Shown here: positions 29,005-37,495 of the stretch, one piece after another
How positions within the stretch are numbered: position 1 is the first letter of the stretch
How the letters are laid out: each line of letters starts with the position of its first letter
Assembly: GCA_964527765.1 (NCBI GenBank)
Contig: CAZGQR010000002.1
Coordinates: forward strand, 50,986-114,985
DNA length: 64,000 bases
DNA from: an uncultured Planctomycetia bacterium
GTDB lineage: Bacteria > Omnitrophota > Gorgyraeia > Tantalellales > Tantalellaceae
Reading direction: 5' to 3'
Notes under the pieces: model-generated
What the model was told of the DNA's origin: nothing
Databases searched by the model: none
What the model saw: only the letters and a program-made list of their open reading frames with translations
Program-made: the position numbers and the translations under genes

Positions 29005-29385
29005 ATGCGGATAGCCATATCTACAGATGGGGATAGTGTATCCCCGCATTTCGGGCGCTGTCCTTCTTTTACTATTGTTGATATTGAGGAAGGTAATATA
29101 ATAAAGAAAGAGACCGTCGACAATCCGGGGCACCATCCGGGTTTCCTGCCCCAGTTTTTGCGCGAAAGAAACGTTAATTATATCATTGCCGGCGGAATGG
29201 GACAAAGGGCGGTTCAGTTGTTCGCGCAAGAGGGGATCGAGATAATAGTCGGGGTCAGCGGTACGATCGATGACGTCATACGGAAGATCGCGAACGGCAC
29301 TCTCGAAGGAGGAGAGAGTTTATGTGAACCCGGCGCGGGAAAAGGATACGGGGTGGACAAGACCGAATGCGAGCATGAGGAATAG
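29005..29385 (+). CDS. NifX/NifB-C/NafY-like (dinitrogenase FeMo-cofactor-binding fold) domain protein
   Basis: MRIAISTDGDSVSPHFGRCPSFTIVDIEEG...NVNYIIAGGMGQRA; a single-domain 126 aa protein. Confidence 0.75.
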   Translation: MRIAISTDGDSVSPHFGRCPSFTIVDIEEGNIIKKETVDNPGHHPGFLPQFLRERNVNYIIAGGMGQRAVQLFAQEGIEIIVGVSGTIDDVIRKIANGTLEGGESLCEPGAGKGYGVDKTECEHEE

Positions 29386-29444
29386 AGAGTTCCCGTAAAC
29401 ATCCATCGGCCGAGGGCCCGAATTTTAACGAAGGAGGTAAGTTT

Positions 29445-29810
29445 ATGAAGATTTGCGTAACGGCACAGGGTGATAACCTGGATGCGCAGGTGGACCCCAG
29501 GTTCGGAAGGTGCCAGTACTTTATTTTTGTCGATACGGATACGCTCCAGTTTGAGGCGGTCGAGAATCCCAGCGCCGATGTCATGGGGGGAGCCGGGGTC
29601 GTGTCAGGCCAGCTCGTGGCGGGAAAACAGGTCAAAGCGGTGCTTACCGGCAATGTCGGACCCAACGCTTTTCAGACGCTGCAGGCGGCAGGGATCGATA
29701 TCATCACCGGCGCTTCCGGCAGCGTGAAAGAGGCGGTCGAGAAGTACGGGAAAGGCGAATTGAAGTCTACGGGGGATCCTACCGTCGGCCCCAAGTTCGG
29801 AGTACAGTAA
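29445..29810 (+). CDS. NifX/NifB-C-like domain protein (second copy)
   Basis: MKICVTAQGDNLDAQVDPRFGRCQYFIFVDTDT...VKAVLTGNVGPNA. Confidence 0.75.
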   Translation: MKICVTAQGDNLDAQVDPRFGRCQYFIFVDTDTLQFEAVENPSADVMGGAGVVSGQLVAGKQVKAVLTGNVGPNAFQTLQAAGIDIITGASGSVKEAVEKYGKGELKSTGDPTVGPKFGVQ

Positions 29811-29840
29811 ATAACGGATATTTTAAATCGGAGGTGTGAT

Positions 29841-30059
29841 ATGCCATTGGGAGATGGAACAGGCCCCCGCGGCCGGGGGCCGGGGACCGGAAGAGGTATG
29901 GGTAGAGGCGGCGGACGCGGACCCGGAGGAAGGCCGGGCGCCGGACCCGGCGGCAACTGTGTGTGCCCGAGCTGCGGAACAAAAGCTCCCCACAGGCCGG
30001 GAGTTCCCTGTGCTTCGATGAATTGTCCGAAATGCGGCGCGGGGATGGTAAGGGCATAG
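29841..30059 (+). CDS. Small Gly/Arg-rich protein with C-terminal CxxC...CxxC zinc ribbon (DUF5320-like N-terminus)
   Basis: [30 protein letters not shown]...[27 protein letters not shown]; GGAGG RBS upstream. Confidence 0.45.
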   Translation: MPLGDGTGPRGRGPGTGRGMGRGGGRGPGGRPGAGPGGNCVCPSCGTKAPHRPGVPCASMNCPKCGAGMVRA

Positions 30060-30062
30060 CAT

Positions 30063-30911
30063 ATGATCATATCGATTGCCAGCGGAAAAGGCGGCACCGG
30101 AAAGACCACGGTGGCCACGAGTCTCGCTCTTTCAATAGAGCGCGCCGTTCAATTTTTAGACTGTGATGTTGAAGAACCGAACGCGCACATCTTCATAAAG
30201 CCTGATATCGAGAGCACGCAGGCTGTTTTTATTCCCGTGCCCGAGATCGACGAATCCAAATGCGATTATTGCGGCAGGTGTCAGGAAGTCTGCGTTTACA
30301 ACGCGATCGCCGTTATCCCTCCCGCGGAAAAACCCGTCCGCGCGGGAAAAACGCTTATTTTCCCGGAGCTGTGTCACGGGTGCGGCGCCTGTTCTTATTT
30401 TTGCCCGAAAGGAGCCATAAAGGAGGTCAATAGACAAATAGGCGTTGTCGAAAAAGGCAAAAAGGAGGGACTGGAGTTCGTGCACGGCAGGCTCAATATC
30501 GGGGAACCGATGGCTCCGCCGCTGGTAAGAGCGGTCAGACGACATGTCGATCGCGCAAAAACCGTTATAATCGATGCTCCCCCGGGGACATCCTGCCCGG
30601 TCATCACTTCCATAAAGGATACGGATTACTGTATTCTTGTTACCGAACCCACTCCCTTCGGGCTTTACGACCTGATCCTGGCGGTCGAAGTTTTGAAGAA
30701 ACTGAAGATCCCTTTCGGTGTTATTATTAACCGCGCCGGCCTGGGCAACGATGAGACCGATAAGTATTGCAGGAAAGAGAATATCCCCGTTCTCATGAAG
30801 ATACCGTTCAGCAGGGAGATCGCAGCGGCTTATTCCAGGGGCACTGCTGTTGTCGAAGCATTCCCCGAGTATAGAGAACGCTTTATGAAAGTATTTAAGG
30901 ATATAAAATAG
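30063..30911 (+). CDS. MinD/Mrp-superfamily P-loop ATPase with inserted 2x[4Fe-4S] ferredoxin domain
   Basis: Deviant Walker A IASGKGGTGKTT; CDYCGRCQEVCVYNAI and CHGCGACSYFCPKGAI cluster motifs. Confidence 0.8.
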   Translation: MIISIASGKGGTGKTTVATSLALSIERAVQFLDCDVEEPNAHIFIKPDIESTQAVFIPVPEIDESKCDYCGRCQEVCVYNAIAVIPPAEKPVRAGKTLIFPELCHGCGACSYFCPKGAIKEVNRQIGVVEKGKKEGLEFVHGRLNIGEPMAPPLVRAVRRHVDRAKTVIIDAPPGTSCPVITSIKDTDYCILVTEPTPFGLYDLILAVEVLKKLKIPFGVIINRAGLGNDETDKYCRKENIPVLMKIPFSREIAAAYSRGTAVVEAFPEYRERFMKVFKDIK

Positions 30912-30912
30912 A

Positions 30913-31770
30913 ATGAAAGAGTTAGTGATCATAAGCGGTAAAGGCGGAACGGGTAAGACCATACTTACCGCGGCTTTCGCCTCTTTGGCCGAAAACAAGG
31001 TAATGGCTGATTGTGATGTGGACGCGGCGGACCTGCATCTCGTTTTAAAGCCTGCCGTAAAAGAGCGCCACCTGTTCAAGAGCGGGATGACGGCGCTTAT
31101 AGACAAGGGTCTCTGTACGGGGTGCGGGAAGTGTATCGATGTTTGCCGCTTTGATGCCATAGGCGAAGACTTTGTCGTGGATGCTGTCGCCTGTGAGGGC
31201 TGCGCTTTTTGCAGCCATGCGTGCCCGGAAGGGGCCATAAGGATGGAAGAGAACACCGCGGGTCAGTGGTTCATCTCCGACACGAGATTCGGTCCCATGG
31301 TCCACGCAAAACTGGGCATTGCCGAGGAAAATTCCGGCAAGCTTGTGAGCCTGGTCAAGAAAAAAGCCAGGGAGATAGCCGAGAGGCGGAACCTGGAATG
31401 GATAATTGTTGACGGCGCCCCCGGGATAGGGTGCCCGGTCATTGCCTCTATTTCCGGCGTCAGCTGCGCGCTGGTAGTGACCGAGCCGACCGTCTCGGGC
31501 CTGCACGATGCCGACCGGGTAATAAAAGTGGCCAGGCATTTCGGCGCCCCCGTAAGACTTGTGATCAATAAGTATGATTTAAATCCCGAGATGACGGAAA
31601 AGATCGAGGGATATTGCCGGGAGAACGATATACCGCTCGTAGGGAAAATACCTTTTGATGAATCTGTCGTAAAAGCTGTGGTGAGAGCTGAAACAGTGAT
31701 AGAATATTCTCACGGGCCGGCAGGACAGGAGATCAGGAAAATATGGGACAAGTTAAAAGTTGAAATTTAG
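30913..31770 (+). CDS. MinD/Mrp-superfamily P-loop ATPase with inserted ferredoxin domain (second copy)
   Basis: ISGKGGTGKT; CTGCGKCIDVCRFDAI and CEGCAFCSHACPEGAI. Confidence 0.8.
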   Translation: MKELVIISGKGGTGKTILTAAFASLAENKVMADCDVDAADLHLVLKPAVKERHLFKSGMTALIDKGLCTGCGKCIDVCRFDAIGEDFVVDAVACEGCAFCSHACPEGAIRMEENTAGQWFISDTRFGPMVHAKLGIAEENSGKLVSLVKKKAREIAERRNLEWIIVDGAPGIGCPVIASISGVSCALVVTEPTVSGLHDADRVIKVARHFGAPVRLVINKYDLNPEMTEKIEGYCRENDIPLVGKIPFDESVVKAVVRAETVIEYSHGPAGQEIRKIWDKLKVEI

Positions 31771-31786
31771 GGCCGGCGCCTGAAAA

Positions 31787-32416
31787 ATGAAATATATCCC
31801 CAAGTTAAATGATACGGAAATAGAAGATAATCACCGGCACTTTGAAGAAAGGGCCTCCGTCTATAAAAGAAAAGGGCTTGATTTCATGAAAAGCCGGGAG
31901 TTTATTATCGGGACCGCCGGCCCGCTGAAAGGCAGAGTGCTGGAGATAGGCGCGGGCAACGGCCATACCACGCTGGCGCTGGTGAAAATGGGATACAGGT
32001 TCACGGCGGTAGATAACGACAGGGAATCCCTGAAAATAACGGCCATGAACCTCGCTTACGAGAAAGCGCTGGATAGCGTCGAGCTTTATGTCATGGACGG
32101 GAGGTCGCTGACTTTCGCGGACGGCAGTTTCGACAGCGTAGTCATGGTGAACCTGTTCCATCACGTGAGTGACGTGGAAAGACTCCTTTCGGAAGCGGAC
32201 AGGGTTTTATGCGAAGGCGGCAAGCTTGTCCTGGCTGATTTTAACGGAAAAGGGATGGAAATAATAGGTTCCGTTCACGGACAGGAAGGGCGCACCCACG
32301 AAGATTCCGGCGTCAGCCGGGGCCGGGTATATTCTTACTTAAACGGTCTCGGCTACAAAACCGAAAGATACGACGAAGATCATCACTGGATCCTGATAGC
32401 GAAAAAAGCAAAATAG
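31787..32416 (+). CDS. Class I SAM-dependent methyltransferase
   Basis: VLEIGAGNGHTTLAL, motif I, Methyltransf_11-like. Confidence 0.7.
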   Translation: MKYIPKLNDTEIEDNHRHFEERASVYKRKGLDFMKSREFIIGTAGPLKGRVLEIGAGNGHTTLALVKMGYRFTAVDNDRESLKITAMNLAYEKALDSVELYVMDGRSLTFADGSFDSVVMVNLFHHVSDVERLLSEADRVLCEGGKLVLADFNGKGMEIIGSVHGQEGRTHEDSGVSRGRVYSYLNGLGYKTERYDEDHHWILIAKKAK

Positions 32417-32632
32417 ATGCAAGTAAGGGGTATGCGCAAAATGGCCTGCAAATGGTTCGATGTCTGCCCGCTCAAGAGATTTTACGAAGAAGGCAGGCTG
32501 CATGAAAAGTGGGTCAGGGGTTACTGCAAGGGCGATCATTCAAGATGCGTGAGGAAGAAGATGGAAGAAGACGGGACATATCACCCCGATAACATGCTCC
32601 CGGACGGAACGATCGATAAGAACCTGCGATGA
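32417..32632 (+). CDS. Small Cys/His-rich protein (71 aa), overlapping the radical SAM gene by 4 nt
   Basis: MACKWFDVCPLKRFYEEGRLHEKWVRGYCKGDHSRCVRKK; Cys at positions 11, 17, 37 and 44; its stop overlaps the downstream start (ATGA). Confidence 0.45.
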   Translation: MQVRGMRKMACKWFDVCPLKRFYEEGRLHEKWVRGYCKGDHSRCVRKKMEEDGTYHPDNMLPDGTIDKNLR

Positions 32633-33405
32633 CCAAAAGAAAATATAAATATATTTACGGACCGGTGCCTTCGTGGCGGCTCGGAAGTTCTCTCGGGGTG
32701 GACCCCATCCAGGGCAGGGAAAAGGTCTGCTCGTTCGATTGTCTTTATTGCCAGCTCGGCAGGACCGAGATCTTTACCGCCAGAAGAAAGAAGTTCGTCG
32801 CCACCTCCGAGGTCATGAAGGAAATAAATTCCCTGCCCCCGGTCAAGATCGATTACATAACGTTTTCAGGGATGGGCGAACCCACCCTGGCCAAAAATCT
32901 GGGCGAGATGATAAGGGCGGTCAAGAGGGCCAGGAAGGAAAAAGTGGCGGTGCTTACGAACGCCTCTCTTATGTACAGGAAAGATGTCCGGAGGGACCTG
33001 TTAAAAGCCGATCTTGTGGCGGTCAAGATGGACGCTTCTTCGGAAAAACTGTTGCGTAAAGTGAACAAGCCCACCGGGGGCATTACATTGGGGCGCATTG
33101 TAAGGTCCATAAAGGATTTTAAGGCCGCGTATAAGGGAAAACTTGCCCTGCAGATCATGTTCGTGAAAGAGAACGAGAAATACGCGAAAGAAATAGCGGG
33201 GATAGCGAAAGAGATCGGTCCGGACGAAGTTCAGATCAATACTCCCCTGCGGCCATGCGCAGTAAAGCCTTTAACAAGAAATAAGATCAGCAGGATCAAA
33301 AAGTATTTTCAGCCGTTGAATGCCGTTTCCGTTTATGAAAGCAGGCGTAAGAAGGTCAGGCCGATCAGCACGGAGGAAACCCTGAAAAGGAGAGGTAAGA
33401 TATAA
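32629..33405 (+). CDS. Radical SAM protein
   Basis: CSFDCLYCQ (Cx3Cx2C), with YGPVPSWRLGSSLGV at the N-terminus; 258 aa. Confidence 0.75.
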   Translation: MTKRKYKYIYGPVPSWRLGSSLGVDPIQGREKVCSFDCLYCQLGRTEIFTARRKKFVATSEVMKEINSLPPVKIDYITFSGMGEPTLAKNLGEMIRAVKRARKEKVAVLTNASLMYRKDVRRDLLKADLVAVKMDASSEKLLRKVNKPTGGITLGRIVRSIKDFKAAYKGKLALQIMFVKENEKYAKEIAGIAKEIGPDEVQINTPLRPCAVKPLTRNKISRIKKYFQPLNAVSVYESRRKKVRPISTEETLKRRGKI

Positions 33406-33851
33406 TGGGCACGATGAAATCGAAGAAGTTTAGTTACAGGTGTTCCGTCAGGTGGGCGGGAGAGAAAAAGGGCATACTCTCATCGGCGGGCAAGCCGGAT
33501 ATCGAGGTGGCCACGCCCCCCGAATTCAGGGGCCATGCGGGCATGTGGACCCCCGAAGAACTGTTCGTCGCTTCGGTCAATATCTGTATCAAGACCACGT
33601 TTCTGCATTATGCCGAGAAGAACAGTTTCGAGATCCTGAGCTATGAAAGCGACGCGGAAGGGGTCCTGGAAAAAGTAGGGGACCGGTTCATGTTCTCGGA
33701 GATAAATGTCAGGCCCAGGATCCGTGTCAGATCAGGCGCCGAGATCGATAAGGCAAAGGAATTTATAGGGCTTTCAGAGAAGAACTGTCTTATTTCCAAT
33801 TCCGTGGAATCCAGGGTCGAAGTTCTTGCTGAGATCAGCGCGGGAGGTTAG
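33405..33851 (+). CDS. OsmC/Ohr-family protein
   Basis: 148 aa; WTPEELFVASVNICIKTTFLHYA is the typical OsmC core. Confidence 0.65.
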   Translation: MGTMKSKKFSYRCSVRWAGEKKGILSSAGKPDIEVATPPEFRGHAGMWTPEELFVASVNICIKTTFLHYAEKNSFEILSYESDAEGVLEKVGDRFMFSEINVRPRIRVRSGAEIDKAKEFIGLSEKNCLISNSVESRVEVLAEISAGG

Positions 33852-34170
33852 AATGGCGGATTTTAAACAGATAGATGAAGCGAGGAGCCTGCTGGGGCTT
33901 GATGAAGATTCGACCCTGCAGGAAATAAGGAAGGCTTATCGAAGGCTTGCCTTGAAATATCATCCCGATAAGTGCAAGGAGAAAGACAAAAAGAAGTGCG
34001 AGGAAATGTTCAAAAAGATAAATCACGCCAATGGCATCATCCTGTCTTACTGCGCGAATTACAGGATCTCTTTTAAGGAAAAAAGCGTCAAGGAAACAAC
34101 GATGGATAAGGAGCTGTACGACCACCTGAAAAGGTTCTACGACGGCTGGTGGGGAAACCTGGATTTATGA
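33852..34170 (+). CDS. J-domain (DnaJ-like) protein
   Basis: LQEIRKAYRRLALKYHPDK carries the HPD motif; GGAGG RBS before the ATG at 33852. Confidence 0.75.
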
Positions 34171-34790
34171 GCGATTTTTTTGACGAGCATTACAAGCAGT
34201 ACGACGCATGGTACGACAGGAATAAATTCGCTTATTTGTCGGAACTGGAGGCCGTGAAGAAAGCCCTTCCCCGAGAAGGTCACGGGCTGGAGGTCGGGGT
34301 CGGTTCCGGGAGGTTCGCCGCTCCGCTGGGGATCGCGGTGGGCATCGACCCCTCGAAAAAAATGGTGGAACTTGCCAGGAAAAGGGGAGTGGACGCCCGC
34401 CCGGGCTCAGGTGAGGACCTTCCGTTTGAAGATGCCACCTTCGATTACGTGGCGATAATCGTTACATTGTGCTTTGTCGGCGATCCCGGACAGGTTATAG
34501 GGGAATCAGCAAGGGTCCTGAAGGGCCGCGGGAGGATCATCATCGGGATAGTGGATAAAGACAGCTTCCTGGGCGAGTCCTACCGGGAGAAAAAAAGCGT
34601 GTTTTACGGCCGCGCGCATTTCTTCAACGTTAAAGAAGTCACGTTAATGCTCAAGGAAGCGGGATTTGGCGAGTTCTCGTATTATCAGACCTTGTTTGAC
34701 CTGCCGGATAAAATGAGCTCCGTTGCGGAACCGCGGGAAGGTTTTGGCAAAGGCGGTTTTGTCGTTATCAGCGGGGTCAGACGCGGATGA
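34166..34790 (+). CDS. Class I SAM-dependent methyltransferase (Methyltransf_11)
   Basis: LEVGVGSGRFAAPLG motif I; the track ORF starts at 34149. Confidence 0.7.
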
Positions 34791-34875
34791 CCTATTTCTT
34801 TTCTTATCCCGGAGTATGGTGTATAATTTAACCGTTCATCGTGAAGCGTTTTTTTAATGTTACAAGGTCATCCGT

Positions 34876-36711
34876 ATGAAGTTAAAAAGAGAACTCGTTC
34901 TTCTTGACGTTTTCTGCGTTGCATCGGGTGCGATGATAAGTTCCGGGATTTTTATACTGCCGGGACTCGCTCATGCTCTTGCGGGGCCGTCCGCCGTCAT
35001 TTCCTATTTCCTGGCGGGTCTTTTGGCGATGGCGGGAATGCTCAGCCAGGCGGAACTCGTGTCCGCCATGCCAAGAGCGGGCGGCACGTATTTTTACGTT
35101 ACGCGCAGCATGGGCCCCGCCTTCGGGACGATCGACGGCCTTCTCACGTGGCTTTCAATATCGCTCAAGAGCTCCTTCGCACTCGTTGGCATGGCCGCCT
35201 TCACCAGCCTCGCGGTAGGGATCGACGCCCGCCTGATAGCTCTCGGGTTTTGCCTTTTTTTCATTACTATTAACTATATCGGCATAAAAGAAGCCGGCAG
35301 GGTCCAGGTCGGCATCGTAGTTGTCCTGCTGGCGCTTCTGATCGCGTATGTGATAAAGGGGATACCTGCTGTCGGAATGGATAATTTCCGGCCGTTCGCG
35401 CCTTACGGGATCACCGCGATCTTTTCTACCGCCGGGTTTGTGTTTGTTTCGTATGGAGGGCTGCTTAAGGTCGCGAGCATCGCGGAAGAGGTAAAAAATC
35501 CCGGGAAGATCGTGCCGCTCGGCATGATACTTTCTCTCGCGGTTGTGGGGGTTCTGTACACGCTGGTCGTTTTTGTGACGTCGGGTGTCCTGGGCGCCGA
35601 ACAGCTCGATCATTCTATGACGCCGATCTCGGACGGAGCCGGGGTATTCCTCGGCGAATGGGGGAGAATAGCCCTCGGTGTAGCCGCCATACTCGCGTTC
35701 GTGTCGACAGCCAATGCCGGCATCATGGCGGCCTCAAGGTATCCTTTGGCGCTCAGCCGAGACCATCTTCTTCCCGACATCTTCGGCAATGTCAGCAAGA
35801 GATTTCAAACGCCGGATGTCTCTATATTGTTCACCGGAATTATCATAATGTCTGCCCTCTTTCTCGATCTGTACGTCCTTGTCGAAGTCGCGTCCACGGT
35901 GCTTATCCTTACCTTCATATTCTCCTGCCTGTGCGTGATAATCATGCGGGAGAGTAAGGTGCAGAACTATCAGCCGAGATTCAGGGCTCCGCTGTATCCC
36001 TGGGTACAGCTTGCGGGTATTTTCGGTTGCTGGCTCATGGTGGTCAACATGGGGAAAGAGGCCCTCTTCATCGGTTCCGTTCTCTTTGCATGCGGCCTGG
36101 CGGTATTTTGGTTCTATGGCCGCTTAAGGGCCAGGAAGGATTTTGCGCTTCTGCACTTGATAGAGAGGATAACGGCAAAAGAACTGGTCAATGTTTCCCT
36201 CGAATCGGAGCTCAAGGAGATAATCAGGGAAAGGGACGAGGTCATAAAAGACAGGTTCGACCACAGTGTCGAAGAGGGCATAGTCCTGGATATCGATGGG
36301 TCCATGACCATGCATGAGTTCTTCGGGCTTGCCGCGAAAAAAATGTCTGAAAAACTTGGCATGGACAGTTCCGATCTTCTGCGCCTGCTGCTTGAAAGGG
36401 AGAAGCAAAGCAGCACGGTACTGAGTCCCGGCCTGGCAATACCGCACATTATAATCGACGGTCTCCAGACCTTTCTTATACTTCTGGCCAGATGCAAAGC
36501 GGGTATCATTTTTCCGGGCAAGGAGAGAAAGGTACATACCGTTTTCGTGATAGCCGGCACCAAGGATGAGAGGAATTTTCATCTCCGCACTTTATCGGCT
36601 ATAGCGCAGATCGTCCAGGACCCGCGTTTTGAGAGAAAATGGATGAGCGCGAAAAACACCGAAGCTCTTCGTGACATCGTCCTGCTCGGGAAACGCAGGC
36701 GCCATCACTGA
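34876..36711 (+). CDS. APC-family amino-acid permease fused to a C-terminal PTS EIIA-type-2 (PtsN-like) domain
   Basis: 12-TM APC core (GAMISSGIFILPG...). The C-terminal ~150 aa has LGMDSSDLLRLLLEREKQSSTVLSPGLAIPHIIIDG, with the conserved His of EIIA(Fru/Ntr). Confidence 0.7.
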   Translation: MKLKRELVLLDVFCVASGAMISSGIFILPGLAHALAGPSAVISYFLAGLLAMAGMLSQAELVSAMPRAGGTYFYVTRSMGPAFGTIDGLLTWLSISLKSSFALVGMAAFTSLAVGIDARLIALGFCLFFITINYIGIKEAGRVQVGIVVVLLALLIAYVIKGIPAVGMDNFRPFAPYGITAIFSTAGFVFVSYGGLLKVASIAEEVKNPGKIVPLGMILSLAVVGVLYTLVVFVTSGVLGAEQLDHSMTPISDGAGVFLGEWGRIALGVAAILAFVSTANAGIMAASRYPLALSRDHLLPDIFGNVSKRFQTPDVSILFTGIIIMSALFLDLYVLVEVASTVLILTFIFSCLCVIIMRESKVQNYQPRFRAPLYPWVQLAGIFGCWLMVVNMGKEALFIGSVLFACGLAVFWFYGRLRARKDFALLHLIERITAKELVNVSLESELKEIIRERDEVIKDRFDHSVEEGIVLDIDGSMTMHEFFGLAAKKMSEKLGMDSSDLLRLLLEREKQSSTVLSPGLAIPHIIIDGLQTFLILLARCKAGIIFPGKERKVHTVFVIAGTKDERNFHLRTLSAIAQIVQDPRFERKWMSAKNTEALRDIVLLGKRRRHH

Positions 36712-36780
36712 TTTGTCTCGAATTTTCCGGCTGTTATTTTACCCCTCCGCAACGCTTTAAGGCGAGTCCAAAAATTCCGC

Positions 36781-36846
36781 TTGACAAGCCGATATAAAAG
36801 TATTATATTTGTGAAATCCGGAACGAAGTCTGTGAATATTATCACA
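36781..36846 (+). promoter_or_regulatory. Sigma70 promoter (TTGACA-17-TATATT) followed by a Rex operator (TGTGAATATTATCACA) immediately upstream of rex
   Basis: -35 at 36781-36786 and -10 at 36804-36809. An inverted repeat TGTGAA-N4-ATCACA at 36831-36846 matches the Rex consensus TTGTGAA-N4-TTCACAA; an extra half-site TTGTGAAAT lies at 36809. Confidence 0.6.
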
Positions 36847-36847
36847 A

Positions 36848-37480
36848 ATGATCATGAATGGAAAGAAAATACCCGAAAGCACCATCTCCCGTCTTTTTGT
36901 CTACCTGAGAGAGATTGCCGAACTTGCCAAATTGAACATACGCACGATCTCGTCCGCTGAATTGGGGGAGAGGACCAACCTGAGCGACGCTCAGGTCAGG
37001 AAGGATCTCGGGTATTTCGGGCAGTTCGGCGTGAGCGGTTCGGGTTATGATACGGCTGAACTTAAGAAAGCGCTGGAAAAGATACTCGGCAAGGACAAGA
37101 CCTGGAATGTCGCAGTTGTGGGCGTGGGGCATCTTGGTTCGGCCCTGCTTTCCTATACCGGGTTCGAGAGGCACGGGCTTGAAATAGTGGCCGCGTTTGA
37201 TACCGATCCGGAAAAGGTCGGCAAGCTGGACGGCCTGACCGTGCGGGCGATAGACGAGCTCCCGAAAACGGCGGCCGATAAAAAGATATCCATTGCCATC
37301 ATAGCGGTCCCGGCCGAAAACGCGCAGGAAGTAGCGGAGAGACTGGTCGGTGCGGGAGTTAAATGTATACTGAATTTCGCGCCCGTCAGCTTGAATACCC
37401 CGGAGGACGTTAAAGTCAAGAATGTCGATCTCTCGCGGGAGCTGGAAACATTATCGTATTTTCTGGTGAATAAAAAATAG
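36848..37480 (+). CDS. rex: Redox-sensing transcriptional repressor Rex
   Basis: PESTISRLFVYLREI..., the Rossmann region VAVVGVGHLGSALL, and ILNFAP; closely resembles Bacillus Rex. Confidence 0.9.
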   Translation: MIMNGKKIPESTISRLFVYLREIAELAKLNIRTISSAELGERTNLSDAQVRKDLGYFGQFGVSGSGYDTAELKKALEKILGKDKTWNVAVVGVGHLGSALLSYTGFERHGLEIVAAFDTDPEKVGKLDGLTVRAIDELPKTAADKKISIAIIAVPAENAQEVAERLVGAGVKCILNFAPVSLNTPEDVKVKNVDLSRELETLSYFLVNKK

Positions 37481-37495
37481 GCCAAAGATCCGAAA

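Noticed and set aside
28589-30059. Possibility that the low-complexity Gly/Arg-rich ORFs (28589-28981, 29841-30059) are non-coding repeats
   Set aside because: Both have strong GGAGG-type RBSs at the correct spacing. Both are in frame with conserved N-terminal MPxGDxTGPRGxGP motifs and C-terminal structured parts (coiled coil, CxxC ribbon). They are retained as CDS, though at moderate confidence.
30156-31256. 366-aa ORF on the - strand overlapping both MinD-ferredoxin genes
   Set aside because: It is antisense to two genes with clear Walker A and Fer4 motifs. It has no motifs of its own, and spanning two adjacent genes is characteristic of a GC-skew shadow frame.
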